Shown here piece by piece: positions 34,820 through 44,371 of a stretch of 64,000 nt of DNA. The first letter of the stretch is position 1. Every line of letters starts with the position of its first letter. This DNA is from an uncultured Candidatus Saccharibacteria bacterium. GTDB lineage: Bacteria > Patescibacteriota > Doudnabacteria > UBA920. The stretch is from contig CAZDEP010000007.1 in assembly GCA_964504715.1 (NCBI GenBank), positions 6,951 to 70,950 of the forward strand, given 5' to 3'. The notes under the pieces are model-generated. The model ran no database searches and had not been told where the DNA came from. It saw only the letters and a list, made by a program, of their open reading frames with translations. Position numbers and translations under genes: made by a program.

Positions 34820-35523
34820 TATTCCTGCTTTTTCTTAATTACTACTTCTGCAAAAAGCGTTTCCTGTTCGGCGGTAAATATCCGCTGTTTAATAAGCTCC
34901 AAAAGTGCCAAAAAAGTCACTATCACTTCGTCTTTATTTTTGGCGGTTTTTACCAAATCGCTCAATTTTGTCTGGATTTGCCGGCCCAACACGCCCTGTA
35001 AATGGTTAATTTTTTCCTGAATGGAAACGGCTTCCTTAATTTTTGCCTTGGGCAAATTGTCCAGCTCTTTAAGTTGCTTTAGCACGTATAAAACCGAGCG
35101 ATGCAGGCCGCCGCCATCCAAATTTGGATCCGGGAAAAAGCTGACACGCTGTTCAAAGCTTAAAATTTTGGTCCAGGACTGCCGCCTGCGGTTGTCCAGG
35201 TGCTTAAAATATTTGGCGGCTTCCTTAAACTGTTTGTAAAGTAAAAGTTTGCTTTCCAAGTCCACACCCGCTTCCTCTTCTTCCTTTTCCATTTCCAGGG
35301 AAGGCAAAATTGCCTTGGATTTTATTACCAGCAATTTTGCCGCTATGGAAAGGTAGTCTGCCAAAGTGGTAGGGTCGAGCCCTTGCATTTGCTTAATGTA
35401 TTGCAAAAACTGTTCGGTGACTTCAGCCAAGGCAATTTGCGTTACGTCTAATTGCCGCTGCTCAATTAGCGAGAGCAACAAATCCAGGGGGCCTTCGAAT
35501 TGTTGGGTTTTGGTGTGGAGCAT
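34819..35523 (-). CDS. scpA: Segregation and condensation protein A
   Basis: FEGPLDLLLSLIEQRQLDVTQIALAEVTEQFLQYI is the ScpA N-terminal signature. Confidence 0.85.
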   Translation of the reverse strand: MLHTKTQQFEGPLDLLLSLIEQRQLDVTQIALAEVTEQFLQYIKQMQGLDPTTLADYLSIAAKLLVIKSKAILPSLEMEKEEEEAGVDLESKLLLYKQFKEAAKYFKHLDNRRRQSWTKILSFEQRVSFFPDPNLDGGGLHRSVLYVLKQLKELDNLPKAKIKEAVSIQEKINHLQGVLGRQIQTKLSDLVKTAKNKDEVIVTFLALLELIKQRIFTAEQETLFAEVVIKKKQE

Positions 35524-35578
35524 GAATGGGGCCCAGTGAACACGAATAAATTACGAATTAACACGAATGCGCAGGTCT

Positions 35579-36031
35579 TGTCATCCCGGAAAACTTGAGT
35601 GCATCCGAAAGTTTATCCGGGATCCAGATTATTAGCTAAGACTACTATATAGATCCTTCCAGTTAGGGTTTTGTCTTTCAATTAATTCCAATTTCCATTG
35701 TCTTCTCCATTTTTTTAAATGTTTTTCCCTTTCCATTGCAGCCATTATCTCATTGGTTTGTTCATAATATACCAAATCATGGCACTTGTATTTTTTTGTA
35801 AAACCATCAACGGCGCCATTTTTGTGCTGCCAAACTCGTTTTATTAAATCATTGGTAACTCCTACGTATAGGGTACCGTTCCTTTTACTAGCCATAATAT
35901 AAACGTAATAAGTTCGCAGGTTTTTGTATTTCATGAAGATCTTTACTCGTGTATTTTCATCGATTGTGTAAAGTAGAGTATGATCTGGATCCCGGATATC
36001 CCTCCGATGCAGTCGGGATTCCGGGATGACA
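35579..36031. mobile_element. GIY-YIG gene bounded by about 50-bp imperfect inverted repeats (a putative mobile homing-type cassette)
   Basis: Left tgtcatcccggaaaacttgagtgcatccgaaagtttatccgggatccagat; the right end is its reverse complement with small internal differences (atctggatcccggatatccctccgatgcagtcgggattccgggatgaca). Confidence 0.5.
35632..35934 (-). CDS. GIY-YIG nuclease-family protein
   Basis: YYVYIMASKRNGTLYVGVTNDLIKRVWQH is the GIY-YIG core; paralog of 17209..17478. Confidence 0.8.
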   Translation of the reverse strand: MKYKNLRTYYVYIMASKRNGTLYVGVTNDLIKRVWQHKNGAVDGFTKKYKCHDLVYYEQTNEIMAAMEREKHLKKWRRQWKLELIERQNPNWKDLYSSLS

Positions 36032-36070
36032 AAAAGGAGTAAGAGGGTATAAGAAAGTTTTTTCTGAATT

Positions 36071-36676
36071 TTATCTTTTTGCTTTTGCGAACGCTCCTTT
36101 TATGGGTTGGACCAGTTTTTCAAAATCCTTAAGGCCCATTTCCACGCTGTGGGTGAAGGAGCCTGCAGAGGCTATAATTTTTTTACTTTTGGCCATGCCT
36201 TTGTCCAAAAGTGTTTTTACATTGTAGGTATTGCCAAAAGGGTGCAAAAGCCCGACTTTGGTTTTTAGGTGCTTTAAAATATCTTTTTCACTCGCGATTG
36301 ATACTTTCTTAGCTTTAAGCGCTTTTTTAATGCCGGAAAGATCTATGTATTTGCCGGCGGGCACTACTATCAATACGAGATACTTTGTCATTGCGAGTGC
36401 ATCCGAAGCAATCTTTTTGTTAGATTGCCGCGCCCCTCGCAGGCCCTCGGGGCTCGCAATGACAGAGGAAGGGCGTCCTTCCACTTTAACCAAAACCACC
36501 TTCGCGATTTCCGAAAGCTTTTTTTTGGTCGTTGCGCCTACATCGTGCGCGGTAAAAACCACCTTGTGCTCCATTAAATTATATTTAACCCTGGCTTGGT
36601 CGAGCAGCTTGGTAATTTGGTTAGAAAAAACTTTAATTTTAGTTTTAGATTTTTTGGGTGTTTTTTTCTTTGGCAT
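36071..36676 (-). CDS. YbaK/ProX-type aminoacyl-tRNA deacylase domain protein with a Lys-rich N-terminus and an in-frame palindromic insert
   Basis: VVFTAHDVGATTKK..LVLIVVPAGKYIDL..IASAGSFTHSVEM resembles the YbaK fold. The 36387-36463 palindrome encodes SSVIASPEGLRGARQSNKKIASDAL. Confidence 0.6.
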   Translation of the reverse strand: MPKKKTPKKSKTKIKVFSNQITKLLDQARVKYNLMEHKVVFTAHDVGATTKKKLSEIAKVVLVKVEGRPSSVIASPEGLRGARQSNKKIASDALAMTKYLVLIVVPAGKYIDLSGIKKALKAKKVSIASEKDILKHLKTKVGLLHPFGNTYNVKTLLDKGMAKSKKIIASAGSFTHSVEMGLKDFEKLVQPIKGAFAKAKR

Positions 36677-36965
36677 ACTTTTTTGTTATTAAGCGCCCGG
36701 CAGCGCCAAATAAAATTAATATTAGGACATTTTCCAAAACGAAGTAGGATTCATTTTGTGATAATGCAGGAATATTCCATAATATTTTTAGAGGTATATG
36801 ATTTTGACAAGTATATTTATAAATATCCCTATCAGCCGCGCAAAAATGATCAGGATCGGCAAAATAACTTTGCCTAAATGCCATATTGATTACAACCAGT
36901 AGTAGTGCCAACAGGGTTGTAATGCTGTAAATGAATATTTTTTTTACGCTCGTACGCATATGTTC

Positions 36966-37015
36966 AGGATGCAGAGGATGCCCCTCTCTCCAGAGGGGCA
37001 TCCTCTGTTTTTATT
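36966..37015. terminator. Strong bidirectional hairpin terminator downstream of aspS
   Basis: cagaggatgcccctctctccagaggggcatcctctgttttt. Confidence 0.55.
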
Positions 37016-37067
37016 TAAGCTTGGATTTTGGCAAATTGATCCCTCGGATGTGCTCGGGATGAATCTG

Positions 37068-38849
37068 CTATTTATCTTTTTTCGGTAGATCCAATTTAAT
37101 ATGCAGCTCTTTGAGCTGTTTTTCTTCCACCGTACTTGGAGCGGACATCATAACGTCTTCGGCGCTGCCATTTTTTGGGAAGGCGATGACTTCGCGGATA
37201 TTGGGTTCATTTTCCAAAAGCATCAAAAGCCTGTCTATGCCTGGCGCGAAGCCGCCGTGCGGCGGCGCGCCGTATTCAAACGCGCGTATCATCGCCCCGA
37301 ATTTGGCGTCGACCGTTTCTTTGCTGTAGCCTACAAGTTCAAAGGCCTTGTACATTATTTCAGGATTATAGTTTCGTATTGCACCGCTGGATAATTCCAA
37401 ACCATTGGCAATAATGTCGTATTGGTAAGCGCGTATGCTGAGCGGATCCTGGCTGTTTAAGGCTTCAAGTCCGCCCTGGGGCATGCTGAAGGGGTTGTGC
37501 ATGAAATCCAGTTTGCCTTCCTTGTTAAGCTCGTACATAGGGAAGTCGGTTATCCAGGCCCAGGCGACAATAGACGGGTCTTTTAAGCCGAACATATCGC
37601 CCAACTTGTCGCGCAGTTTGCCCAAAACTTTGTTGACTACATCCTTTTGGTCGGCGCCAAAGAAAATTATGTCGCCCGAAGCGGCTGAAGTTTTTTGTAC
37701 GATGGAGTGTTTTTCCTCTTCGGATAAAAACTTTAAAATCGGCGAACGCATTTCTTTTTCGTCCAGCACGATGTATGCCAAACCGCCGGCGCCTTCTTTT
37801 TTGACAAACTCCGTCAATTCGTCAATTTGCGACCGGGTAAGTTTGGCCCCGCCCTGGCAGCAGATAGCTTTAATGGTCCCGCCGTTTTTAATGGCGTTTC
37901 CAAACACGCTAAAACCGGTAGATCGCAAATCCTCGGTCAATTCAACAAGCTCCATCCCAAACCGCAAATCCGGCCTGTCAGAACCGTATTTTTCCATGGC
38001 TGTGAGGTAGGGGATGCGCGGAAAGGGTTTTTGCAGGCATTTTTTATTGGCCCACTCTTCCGTAAGTTTTATAAACAGCGGCTCCATTTCGTGAAATACG
38101 GTTTCGTCGCGGTCGGCAAAAGCGATTTCCAAATCCAGCTGATAGAATTCGCCCGGACTTCTGTCCGCGCGCGGGTCTTCGTCCCTAAAACAGGGTGCAA
38201 TTTGGAAATATTTGGGCACGCCGCCCACCATCAGTAACTGCTTAAACTGCTGGGGAGCTTGGGGAAGCGCGTAGAATTTCCCCGGGTGCAAACGGGAAGG
38301 CACCAAAAAGTCGCGCGCGCCTTCGGGAGAAGATGAAGTTAAAATCGGCGTGGTAATTTCTATAAAACCTTTTTCGTCCATCCAGTCCCTTATAAACTTT
38401 ATCATTTTATGGCGCTTAAGCAGCATTTTCTGCATTTTGTCGCGCCTTAAGTCCAAGAAGCGGTATTTTAAACGGATATCTTCGCCAGTATTTTGTTCCT
38501 CGCCGTGGCCGTGGGCTACGGGAAAAGGCAAGGGCTTGGAAGAATTTAAAATTTCAAATTTCAAAGTCAAAATTTCCACACCGCCGGTAGGCAGGTTTGG
38601 GTTTTGGGTTTCTTTTGATCTTTCCACAACCTGGCCTTCCACTTGAACAACAAATTCGTCACGGACTTTGTTTGCCAAGGCAAAAGCTTCGGACGCTTCG
38701 GGGTGTACTGCCAATTGCACAATGCCCGTGTGGTCCCGCAAATCAATAAAAATCACGCCGCCATGGTCGCGCCGTGAGTTAACCCAACCCGACAGGCTTA
38801 CGCTTTGGCCGGTCTTTGTGGGCGTTTCTAAAGCTAGTGTTCTTTGCAT
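37068..38849 (-). CDS. aspS: Aspartyl-tRNA synthetase
   Basis: Class II motifs FRDEDPRADRSPGEFYQLDLE and GGFAPGIDRLLMLL, plus an N-terminal OB-fold and an insertion domain. Confidence 0.95.
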   Translation of the reverse strand: MQRTLALETPTKTGQSVSLSGWVNSRRDHGGVIFIDLRDHTGIVQLAVHPEASEAFALANKVRDEFVVQVEGQVVERSKETQNPNLPTGGVEILTLKFEILNSSKPLPFPVAHGHGEEQNTGEDIRLKYRFLDLRRDKMQKMLLKRHKMIKFIRDWMDEKGFIEITTPILTSSSPEGARDFLVPSRLHPGKFYALPQAPQQFKQLLMVGGVPKYFQIAPCFRDEDPRADRSPGEFYQLDLEIAFADRDETVFHEMEPLFIKLTEEWANKKCLQKPFPRIPYLTAMEKYGSDRPDLRFGMELVELTEDLRSTGFSVFGNAIKNGGTIKAICCQGGAKLTRSQIDELTEFVKKEGAGGLAYIVLDEKEMRSPILKFLSEEEKHSIVQKTSAASGDIIFFGADQKDVVNKVLGKLRDKLGDMFGLKDPSIVAWAWITDFPMYELNKEGKLDFMHNPFSMPQGGLEALNSQDPLSIRAYQYDIIANGLELSSGAIRNYNPEIMYKAFELVGYSKETVDAKFGAMIRAFEYGAPPHGGFAPGIDRLLMLLENEPNIREVIAFPKNGSAEDVMMSAPSTVEEKQLKELHIKLDLPKKDK

Positions 38850-39009
38850 ATGTGTGTATCGTGTCCCGTAAACAGCGGGTACGATAAATTAATTATGACA
38901 TTATTTTACCAAAATTGGCTTTTTTTGCCAAGTTTTCTCTTTTTGAGAGAATCTTTTTCTTAGGATACATTTTTACCTTTATTATTTTATGGTAAACTAA
39001 TTAAGCTGT

Positions 39010-39160
39010 AATTCCGATCTACAGATTGTCTCATATTACAGATACCTACAGATGTTATTTAATAAAATTTTGATAATTGGATCTGTAGGTATCTGTAAAA
39101 TCCCTGCCTACCCTGCCTATCGGCAGGCAGGTGTTCATCTGTAGATCCACATATATAATT
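39010..39160. promoter_or_regulatory. Complex operator-like array: ATCTGTAG/CTACAGAT repeats flanking a CCTGCC..GGCAGGCAGG palindrome, upstream of the exonuclease gene
   Basis: gatctacagat..tacagat..ctacagat ... gatctgtaggtatctgta .. cctgcctaccctgcctatcggcaggcagg .. catctgtagatc, then TATATAAT and the start at 39171. Confidence 0.45.
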
Positions 39161-39170
39161 TAGAAACATA

Positions 39171-39749
39171 ATGCTCAAAAAGATTGTATTGGACTTAGAG
39201 ACCCAAAAAGCTTTCGACGAAGTCGGCGGCAGGGGGAAAAACCACCTTTTAAAAGTCTCCGTCGTCGGGATTTACGACTACAGCACCAACAAATATCAAA
39301 TCTACCGCGAACACGAAATCCCCAAGCTTTCTCCCATCCTCCAAACCGCCGACCAAATCATCGGCTACAATATTAAGGATTTTGATTTTGAAGTCTTAAG
39401 GCCGTATTTGAATTTTAATGTGGACGAGCTGCCGTTTTGCGATTTGCTGCTCGAGATTAGCAAAGTCCTCGGGCATCGCATAAAGCTGGAAGATGTCGCC
39501 CAGGCGACTCTGGGCGCGGGCAAGTCCGGCAAGGGGACAGAAGCGATTTTATATTTTAAGCAGGGCCGCTGGGACAGCCTGGAAAAATATTGCCTGGATG
39601 ACGTTAAAATCACCAAACAAATTTACGATTATGTCTTAAAAAATCAGAAGCTTCTCTACCGCGATTTTTTTAAAGTCAAAGAACTTCCGCTAAAAATCCA
39701 GGAAGCCGTACAAAGGACGGGCGTGCAGCATCAGGCAGCCTTGTTTTGA
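39171..39749 (+). CDS. RNase H-like 3'-5' exonuclease (DnaQ-like) domain protein
   Basis: IVLDLETQ (exo I, DxE) ... GYNIKDFDFEVL ... YCLDDV; the assignment is moderate. Confidence 0.5.
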   Translation: MLKKIVLDLETQKAFDEVGGRGKNHLLKVSVVGIYDYSTNKYQIYREHEIPKLSPILQTADQIIGYNIKDFDFEVLRPYLNFNVDELPFCDLLLEISKVLGHRIKLEDVAQATLGAGKSGKGTEAILYFKQGRWDSLEKYCLDDVKITKQIYDYVLKNQKLLYRDFFKVKELPLKIQEAVQRTGVQHQAALF

Positions 39750-39806
39750 ATTAAGAATTTGGAATTATGAATTATGGTTTAGCGAATAATTCATAATTCA
39801 TTACTC

Positions 39807-40700
39807 ATGATTCATACAAAAAAATTGCTATTGGTTCTTTGTTTGGCGGGGGCGGTTATTTTTTTAAACCAAGTTTTTTCCGGGCGCCTTCTTCTTCCCC
39901 AAACACTTTCCCTCGGCCCGCTTACCATTCGCTACTACGGCATAATAATGGCGCTTTCGGTGGCAAGCGGTTTTTATTTGGCCGCTAAACGATCGGGAAG
40001 TTTAGGTATCGGCATAAAACAGGCGCAGGATATTTTATTTTGGATTATTGTCGGGGGTTTTGTCGGGGCAAGGGCATATCATGTTTTGTCTTCCTTTGCT
40101 TATTATCAACATAACGCAATCGATATCTTCAAAGTCTGGCATGGCGGCCTGTCTATTTATGGCGCGGTTTTGGGCGGGGTGTTGGCGGTTTTCCTCCTGG
40201 CTACAAGCTACAAGCTGCCAGCTACACGCTTGCTTCATTGGCTAACGCCTTCCCTTATCCTTGGCCAAATTATCGGCCGGTTTGGCAATTTGTTTAATTA
40301 TGAAGCTTTCGGTTATCCCACTCACTTGCCGTGGAAAATGTTCGTGCCGGCAGAATTAAGACCCGGCGAGTACCGGGCTTTTAGTTTTTTTCACCCCTGG
40401 TTTTTGTACGAACAAATCGGGCTACTGCTGATTTTTTTCATTTTGAAGCGGTGTGAAAATCGAAAAATTGATCCGGCATCGGCCGCAGCACAAGTGCTTC
40501 GGGCGAACTTGTTTTTATACTACCTTTTATTGTATAATATATTGCGTTTTGCGTTGGAATTCCTTCGCATTGATTCGGTTTTTTTATACGGAGTGCGGCA
40601 GAACGCAGTTGTCAGCTTTTTTTTGATTATCCTTGCTTCTATATTAATTCTGTATAAGACGCGGCAGCTCGGCACAAAAAAACATGTTCCAACATCATAA
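39807..40700 (+). CDS. lgt: Prolipoprotein diacylglyceryl transferase
   Basis: YGIIMALSV.., GARAYHVL, GGLSIYGAVLGG, GRFGNLFNYEAFG are the Lgt signatures. Confidence 0.85.
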   Translation: MIHTKKLLLVLCLAGAVIFLNQVFSGRLLLPQTLSLGPLTIRYYGIIMALSVASGFYLAAKRSGSLGIGIKQAQDILFWIIVGGFVGARAYHVLSSFAYYQHNAIDIFKVWHGGLSIYGAVLGGVLAVFLLATSYKLPATRLLHWLTPSLILGQIIGRFGNLFNYEAFGYPTHLPWKMFVPAELRPGEYRAFSFFHPWFLYEQIGLLLIFFILKRCENRKIDPASAAAQVLRANLFLYYLLLYNILRFALEFLRIDSVFLYGVRQNAVVSFFLIILASILILYKTRQLGTKKHVPTS

Positions 40701-41427
40701 GCTAATATCCGTCTGTCTGGGGCTGCTTTATATGGTAGTTCTCCAAATTTTTTCCAGCCCTCAGCCGGTGTTCAGGTTCCTGCTGCCGGCTTTTGTTGGC
40801 GTCTTGGCGGTGACTTATGCTTATAACCGCGCGTATTTGCGGCATTTGAACCAATATAACTTCTGGACGCTGCTGCGCCCCTTGCTTTTACAGTCGTCGG
40901 GTTTTCTTATTTACTTATTGATGCCCGGCACGTTTTCCCGCGGGGTATTTTTTGTCGCCTCCGTGTTTTTGCTTTCGATTTTTGAAAGCTTTATTACCAA
41001 CCAGTCTGAAAACGTGATTTTAAATCAGACCTTAATAACAGCTTTTAATTTCGCTTACGGGTTTTTTGGCTTTAGCCAATATTTCCCGGCCTTTGGGGTT
41101 TTTTATCTAATCGGGTTTTTTGGGTGTGCATTTTTAATTGCCCGAAGCTTTTATGAATTTATACCCCATACAAAAAACATAAAATTGCTCAACGCGCTGG
41201 GTGTGGCTTTTTTAAGCGCGCAGGTATTCTGGGCGGTCAGCCTTTTGCCCTTTGATTTTTCCGCATTGGCCATTTTGCTTTTTGACTTTTTTTACGTGCT
41301 TTTGGTCCTGAATTATTACAGCCTTTTCCACACTTTGTCCTTAAAGAAAGTGAAATTATATTTTGGCCTGGCGGGAGTCAGTTTGGTTATAGTTTTCCTG
41401 GCAACCCAATGGGGAATAATAAATTAA
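40684..41427 (+). CDS. Polytopic membrane protein (hypothetical)
   Basis: A 247-aa ORF with about 7 TM helices, overlapping the lgt stop. Confidence 0.4.
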   Translation: MFQHHKLISVCLGLLYMVVLQIFSSPQPVFRFLLPAFVGVLAVTYAYNRAYLRHLNQYNFWTLLRPLLLQSSGFLIYLLMPGTFSRGVFFVASVFLLSIFESFITNQSENVILNQTLITAFNFAYGFFGFSQYFPAFGVFYLIGFFGCAFLIARSFYEFIPHTKNIKLLNALGVAFLSAQVFWAVSLLPFDFSALAILLFDFFYVLLVLNYYSLFHTLSLKKVKLYFGLAGVSLVIVFLATQWGIIN

Positions 41428-41468
41428 CGGCGATCAGATAATTAATTTTCATATTTATAGATAGCCTT

Positions 41469-42521
41469 ATGAGCGAAATGAAATCTAACTCCGGAAAAGC
41501 GGTGCTATGGGCGGTAATTGTCTCTATTTTAGTTAATGTATTTTTTGGCCGCTGGATAGCAGCCAAGGTTTCCGTATTGCCGGTATTAAACCGGTTTAAG
41601 CTTTTGAATCCCCAAACGCCGATTGTTATTACCCAAAGGCAGGAAGTAAAGGTCCTTGACCAAAGCAGCCTGGCGGAGTCGGTAAGCAAGGCACAAAGCA
41701 AGCTCTCCCTGGTTGTAGCTGACGACGGCTTAAGCTTAAGCCCCACAGGCTCCGCAATAAACCTTACTTCGGACGGACTGTTTTTGACAGCTGCAGAATT
41801 TTTGCCCAAAAAACCCGGCCAGAAATTTTATATAGTGTTAAATGACGGACAAATGGCGGAAGCAACGCTGGTTATAAAAGATACCGCCACTCCGCTTGCG
41901 GTGGTTAAGGCCCCGCTTACAACTTCGGCTGCCGCCTTTGCCGTTTCCAAGGAATTTCGCGCGGGCGACTTGCTTGCGGCTGTGCAAAATTCCTTAAATA
42001 GGCAGCCTGCCAGCTATGAACCGGTTTATGTAAAAGAGGCGCAGCAGGCTAACGGCTCCGTGCGACAATCGGATTTTCCCACCAGGACATTTGTACTTTC
42101 GGATGCAAACTTAACCGGGCGCGTGGTAGTTAGCCGCGATGGAGAAGTCGGGGCCCTGGTTACTACGGCGGGCATTATTTCTTCCGACGTTATTCGTAAG
42201 TTTGTCAGCCTATATTTTGCCGGCGCCGCGCCGGCCCGCATTGCTTTGGGCCTGGATTATAAAAATTTTGGCGCTACGGAAGCCGCCTTTTATAAAGTGC
42301 CGCAGGGCGTGCGAGTGCTGGAGGTTGTAAAGCCTTCGGTTGCCCAAAGCGCGGGGTTTTTGGCAGGGGACGTAATTACTGCCATAAACGGCGAAGCCTT
42401 GAATAACATTACTCTAGAAGAGGTCTTAGAAAAATATAAACCGGGTGATGAAGTTAAATTCGAAGTCTACCGTAACGACGCCAAACTGAATATAAGCGCC
42501 AAATTGGGCGAATTAAAATAA
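41469..42521 (+). CDS. Membrane-anchored protein with a C-terminal PDZ domain (HtrA-like; no canonical GDSGGP seen)
   Basis: An N-terminal TM and a C-terminal PDZ-like segment (GFLAGDVITAINGEALNNITLEEVLEKYKPGDEVKFEVYRN). Confidence 0.45.
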   Translation: MSEMKSNSGKAVLWAVIVSILVNVFFGRWIAAKVSVLPVLNRFKLLNPQTPIVITQRQEVKVLDQSSLAESVSKAQSKLSLVVADDGLSLSPTGSAINLTSDGLFLTAAEFLPKKPGQKFYIVLNDGQMAEATLVIKDTATPLAVVKAPLTTSAAAFAVSKEFRAGDLLAAVQNSLNRQPASYEPVYVKEAQQANGSVRQSDFPTRTFVLSDANLTGRVVVSRDGEVGALVTTAGIISSDVIRKFVSLYFAGAAPARIALGLDYKNFGATEAAFYKVPQGVRVLEVVKPSVAQSAGFLAGDVITAINGEALNNITLEEVLEKYKPGDEVKFEVYRNDAKLNISAKLGELK

Positions 42522-42522
42522 G

Positions 42523-43515
42523 ATGTCACTATCCAGAAAAACTTTAATAACAGGCGGAGCGGGGTTTATCGGCTCCAATTTTGTCCATTATTGGCTCAAG
42601 AACTATCCCGGTGACGAAATCGTCGTTTTGGATAAATTGACCTACGCCGGCAACCTCGAAAACCTGGCTGGGGCCATGGATAAGATTAAATTTATCCGGG
42701 GCGATATTTGCGATCCTAAAGAAGTGGACAGCGCCATGGCAGGAGTCGATGCGGTCGTGCATTTTGCCGCGGAAACCCATGTGGACAGGAGCATTGCAGG
42801 CCCGGATGCTTTTGTTCAAACCAACGTCGTGGGCACCCACATACTTTTAAAAGCCGCGCTTGAGCATAAAGTTCAACGCTTCCACCATGTTTCCACCGAT
42901 GAAGTTTTTGGCGACTTGCCGCTGGCCTCAAAAGAGAAGTGGGATGAGAATTCGCCCTATAAGCCGAGCAGTCCCTATTCCGCAAGCAAAGCCGCCGCTG
43001 ACCATTTGGTGCGCGCTTATGCCCGCACTTATAAACTTCCGGTCACCATCACCAACTGCGCCAACAACCTGGGGCCTTATATGTATCCGGAAAAGCTCGT
43101 CCCGCTTGCCATTACCAATCTTTTGGAAGGAAAAAATGTGCCTGTCTATAAGCCCGGCAACCAGGTCCGCGAATGGCTGCATGTTTTTGACCACTGTGCG
43201 GCCATTGATTTAATATTGCAAAAAGGCAAAGTGGGGGAAACTTACTTCGTGGGGCCGGATAACCCCGAATTAACCAACCTGGAAGTCATAAAAAAACTTC
43301 TGGCAATAATGGAATTATCCGAGGATCGCATAGAATTTGTCGCCGACCGCCCGGGCCACGACCAGCGTTACGCCATGTCTCACCAAAAAATTGCGGCCGA
43401 ACTGGGCTGGCAGCCGAAATACAATTTGGATCAAACCTTAAAAGAAGTGGTAGAATGGTATAAGGGCAACCAACAGTGGTGGAAAAAACTGCTTAAGCCC
43501 CAAACCCCCAACTAA
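42523..43515 (+). CDS. rfbB: dTDP-glucose 4,6-dehydratase
   Basis: GGAGFIGSNF Rossmann motif and YSASK catalytic motif; typical length and C-terminus. Confidence 0.9.
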   Translation: MSLSRKTLITGGAGFIGSNFVHYWLKNYPGDEIVVLDKLTYAGNLENLAGAMDKIKFIRGDICDPKEVDSAMAGVDAVVHFAAETHVDRSIAGPDAFVQTNVVGTHILLKAALEHKVQRFHHVSTDEVFGDLPLASKEKWDENSPYKPSSPYSASKAAADHLVRAYARTYKLPVTITNCANNLGPYMYPEKLVPLAITNLLEGKNVPVYKPGNQVREWLHVFDHCAAIDLILQKGKVGETYFVGPDNPELTNLEVIKKLLAIMELSEDRIEFVADRPGHDQRYAMSHQKIAAELGWQPKYNLDQTLKEVVEWYKGNQQWWKKLLKPQTPN

Positions 43516-43553
43516 TAAAATTAAAATGCAATTTCGTATTTTATAGAATCGAA

Positions 43554-44279
43554 GTGTTTATGAAAGGCATTATATTGTCGGGCGGCAGTGGGACTCGGCT
43601 TTCGCCCCTAACCAAAGTAATTTCCAAGCAGCTTTTGCCGGTTTACAACAAACCGATGGTTTTTTATCCTTTGGAAACCCTGCTTAAGGGAGGTATAAAC
43701 GATATTTTGGTAATTGTGGCGCCTGCCCATGCGGGGCAGTATATGGAGCTTTTAGGCAACGGCGAGGAATTCGGCGCCAACATTACCTATGAAGTGCAGC
43801 CCCGGCCGGAAGGCCTGGCCCAGGCCTTTATAATCGGCGAAAAATTCATAGGCAACGATTCTGTGTGCATGGTTTTGGGCGACAATATTTTTGAGGATGA
43901 TTTTTCCGCAGTCATAAAAAATTTCCGGGGCGGTGCGCATATTTTTGCAAAAAAAGTGCCGGATCCGGAAAGGTTTGGGGTGGTAAAATTCGATGCGCAG
44001 ATGAATGCGGTGCAAATAGAAGAAAAGCCAAAGGAATTTTTGTCCGATTTTGCCATAACGGGTTTGTACGTTTACGACTCGCGCGTCGTGGAGGCCGCCC
44101 GGCAGGTAAAGCCCTCAGAGAGGGGGGAGCTGGAAATTACCGAACTTCATAATTGGTATTTAAAGCAGGGAGAATTGAAAGTCGATATAGTCAAAGGCGA
44201 ATGGTTCGATGCCGGCACTTTTGAATCACTTTTTAAAGCCGGGGAACTGGCTAGAAAAAAAGCAATTGACAAAATTTAA
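43554..44279 (+). CDS. rfbA: Glucose-1-phosphate thymidylyltransferase-like nucleotidyltransferase
   Basis: KGIILSGGSGTRLSPLT..K N-terminal signature; adjacent to rfbB. Confidence 0.75.
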   Translation: MFMKGIILSGGSGTRLSPLTKVISKQLLPVYNKPMVFYPLETLLKGGINDILVIVAPAHAGQYMELLGNGEEFGANITYEVQPRPEGLAQAFIIGEKFIGNDSVCMVLGDNIFEDDFSAVIKNFRGGAHIFAKKVPDPERFGVVKFDAQMNAVQIEEKPKEFLSDFAITGLYVYDSRVVEAARQVKPSERGELEITELHNWYLKQGELKVDIVKGEWFDAGTFESLFKAGELARKKAIDKI

Positions 44280-44371
44280 AAAATTTAAAAAATTGTCATA
44301 ATTTAAGGGGCGCGGGATTTTAAAGTTTGTCAATTATGTAATAAAATTATGTCATTTCTGCTAATAAAACT

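Noticed and set aside
36645-37001. ORF 36645..37001 (-) of 118 aa
   Set aside because: It overlaps the strong terminator hairpin and the upstream region of the ybaK-like gene, has no start-context support and is hydrophobic low-complexity; likely spurious.
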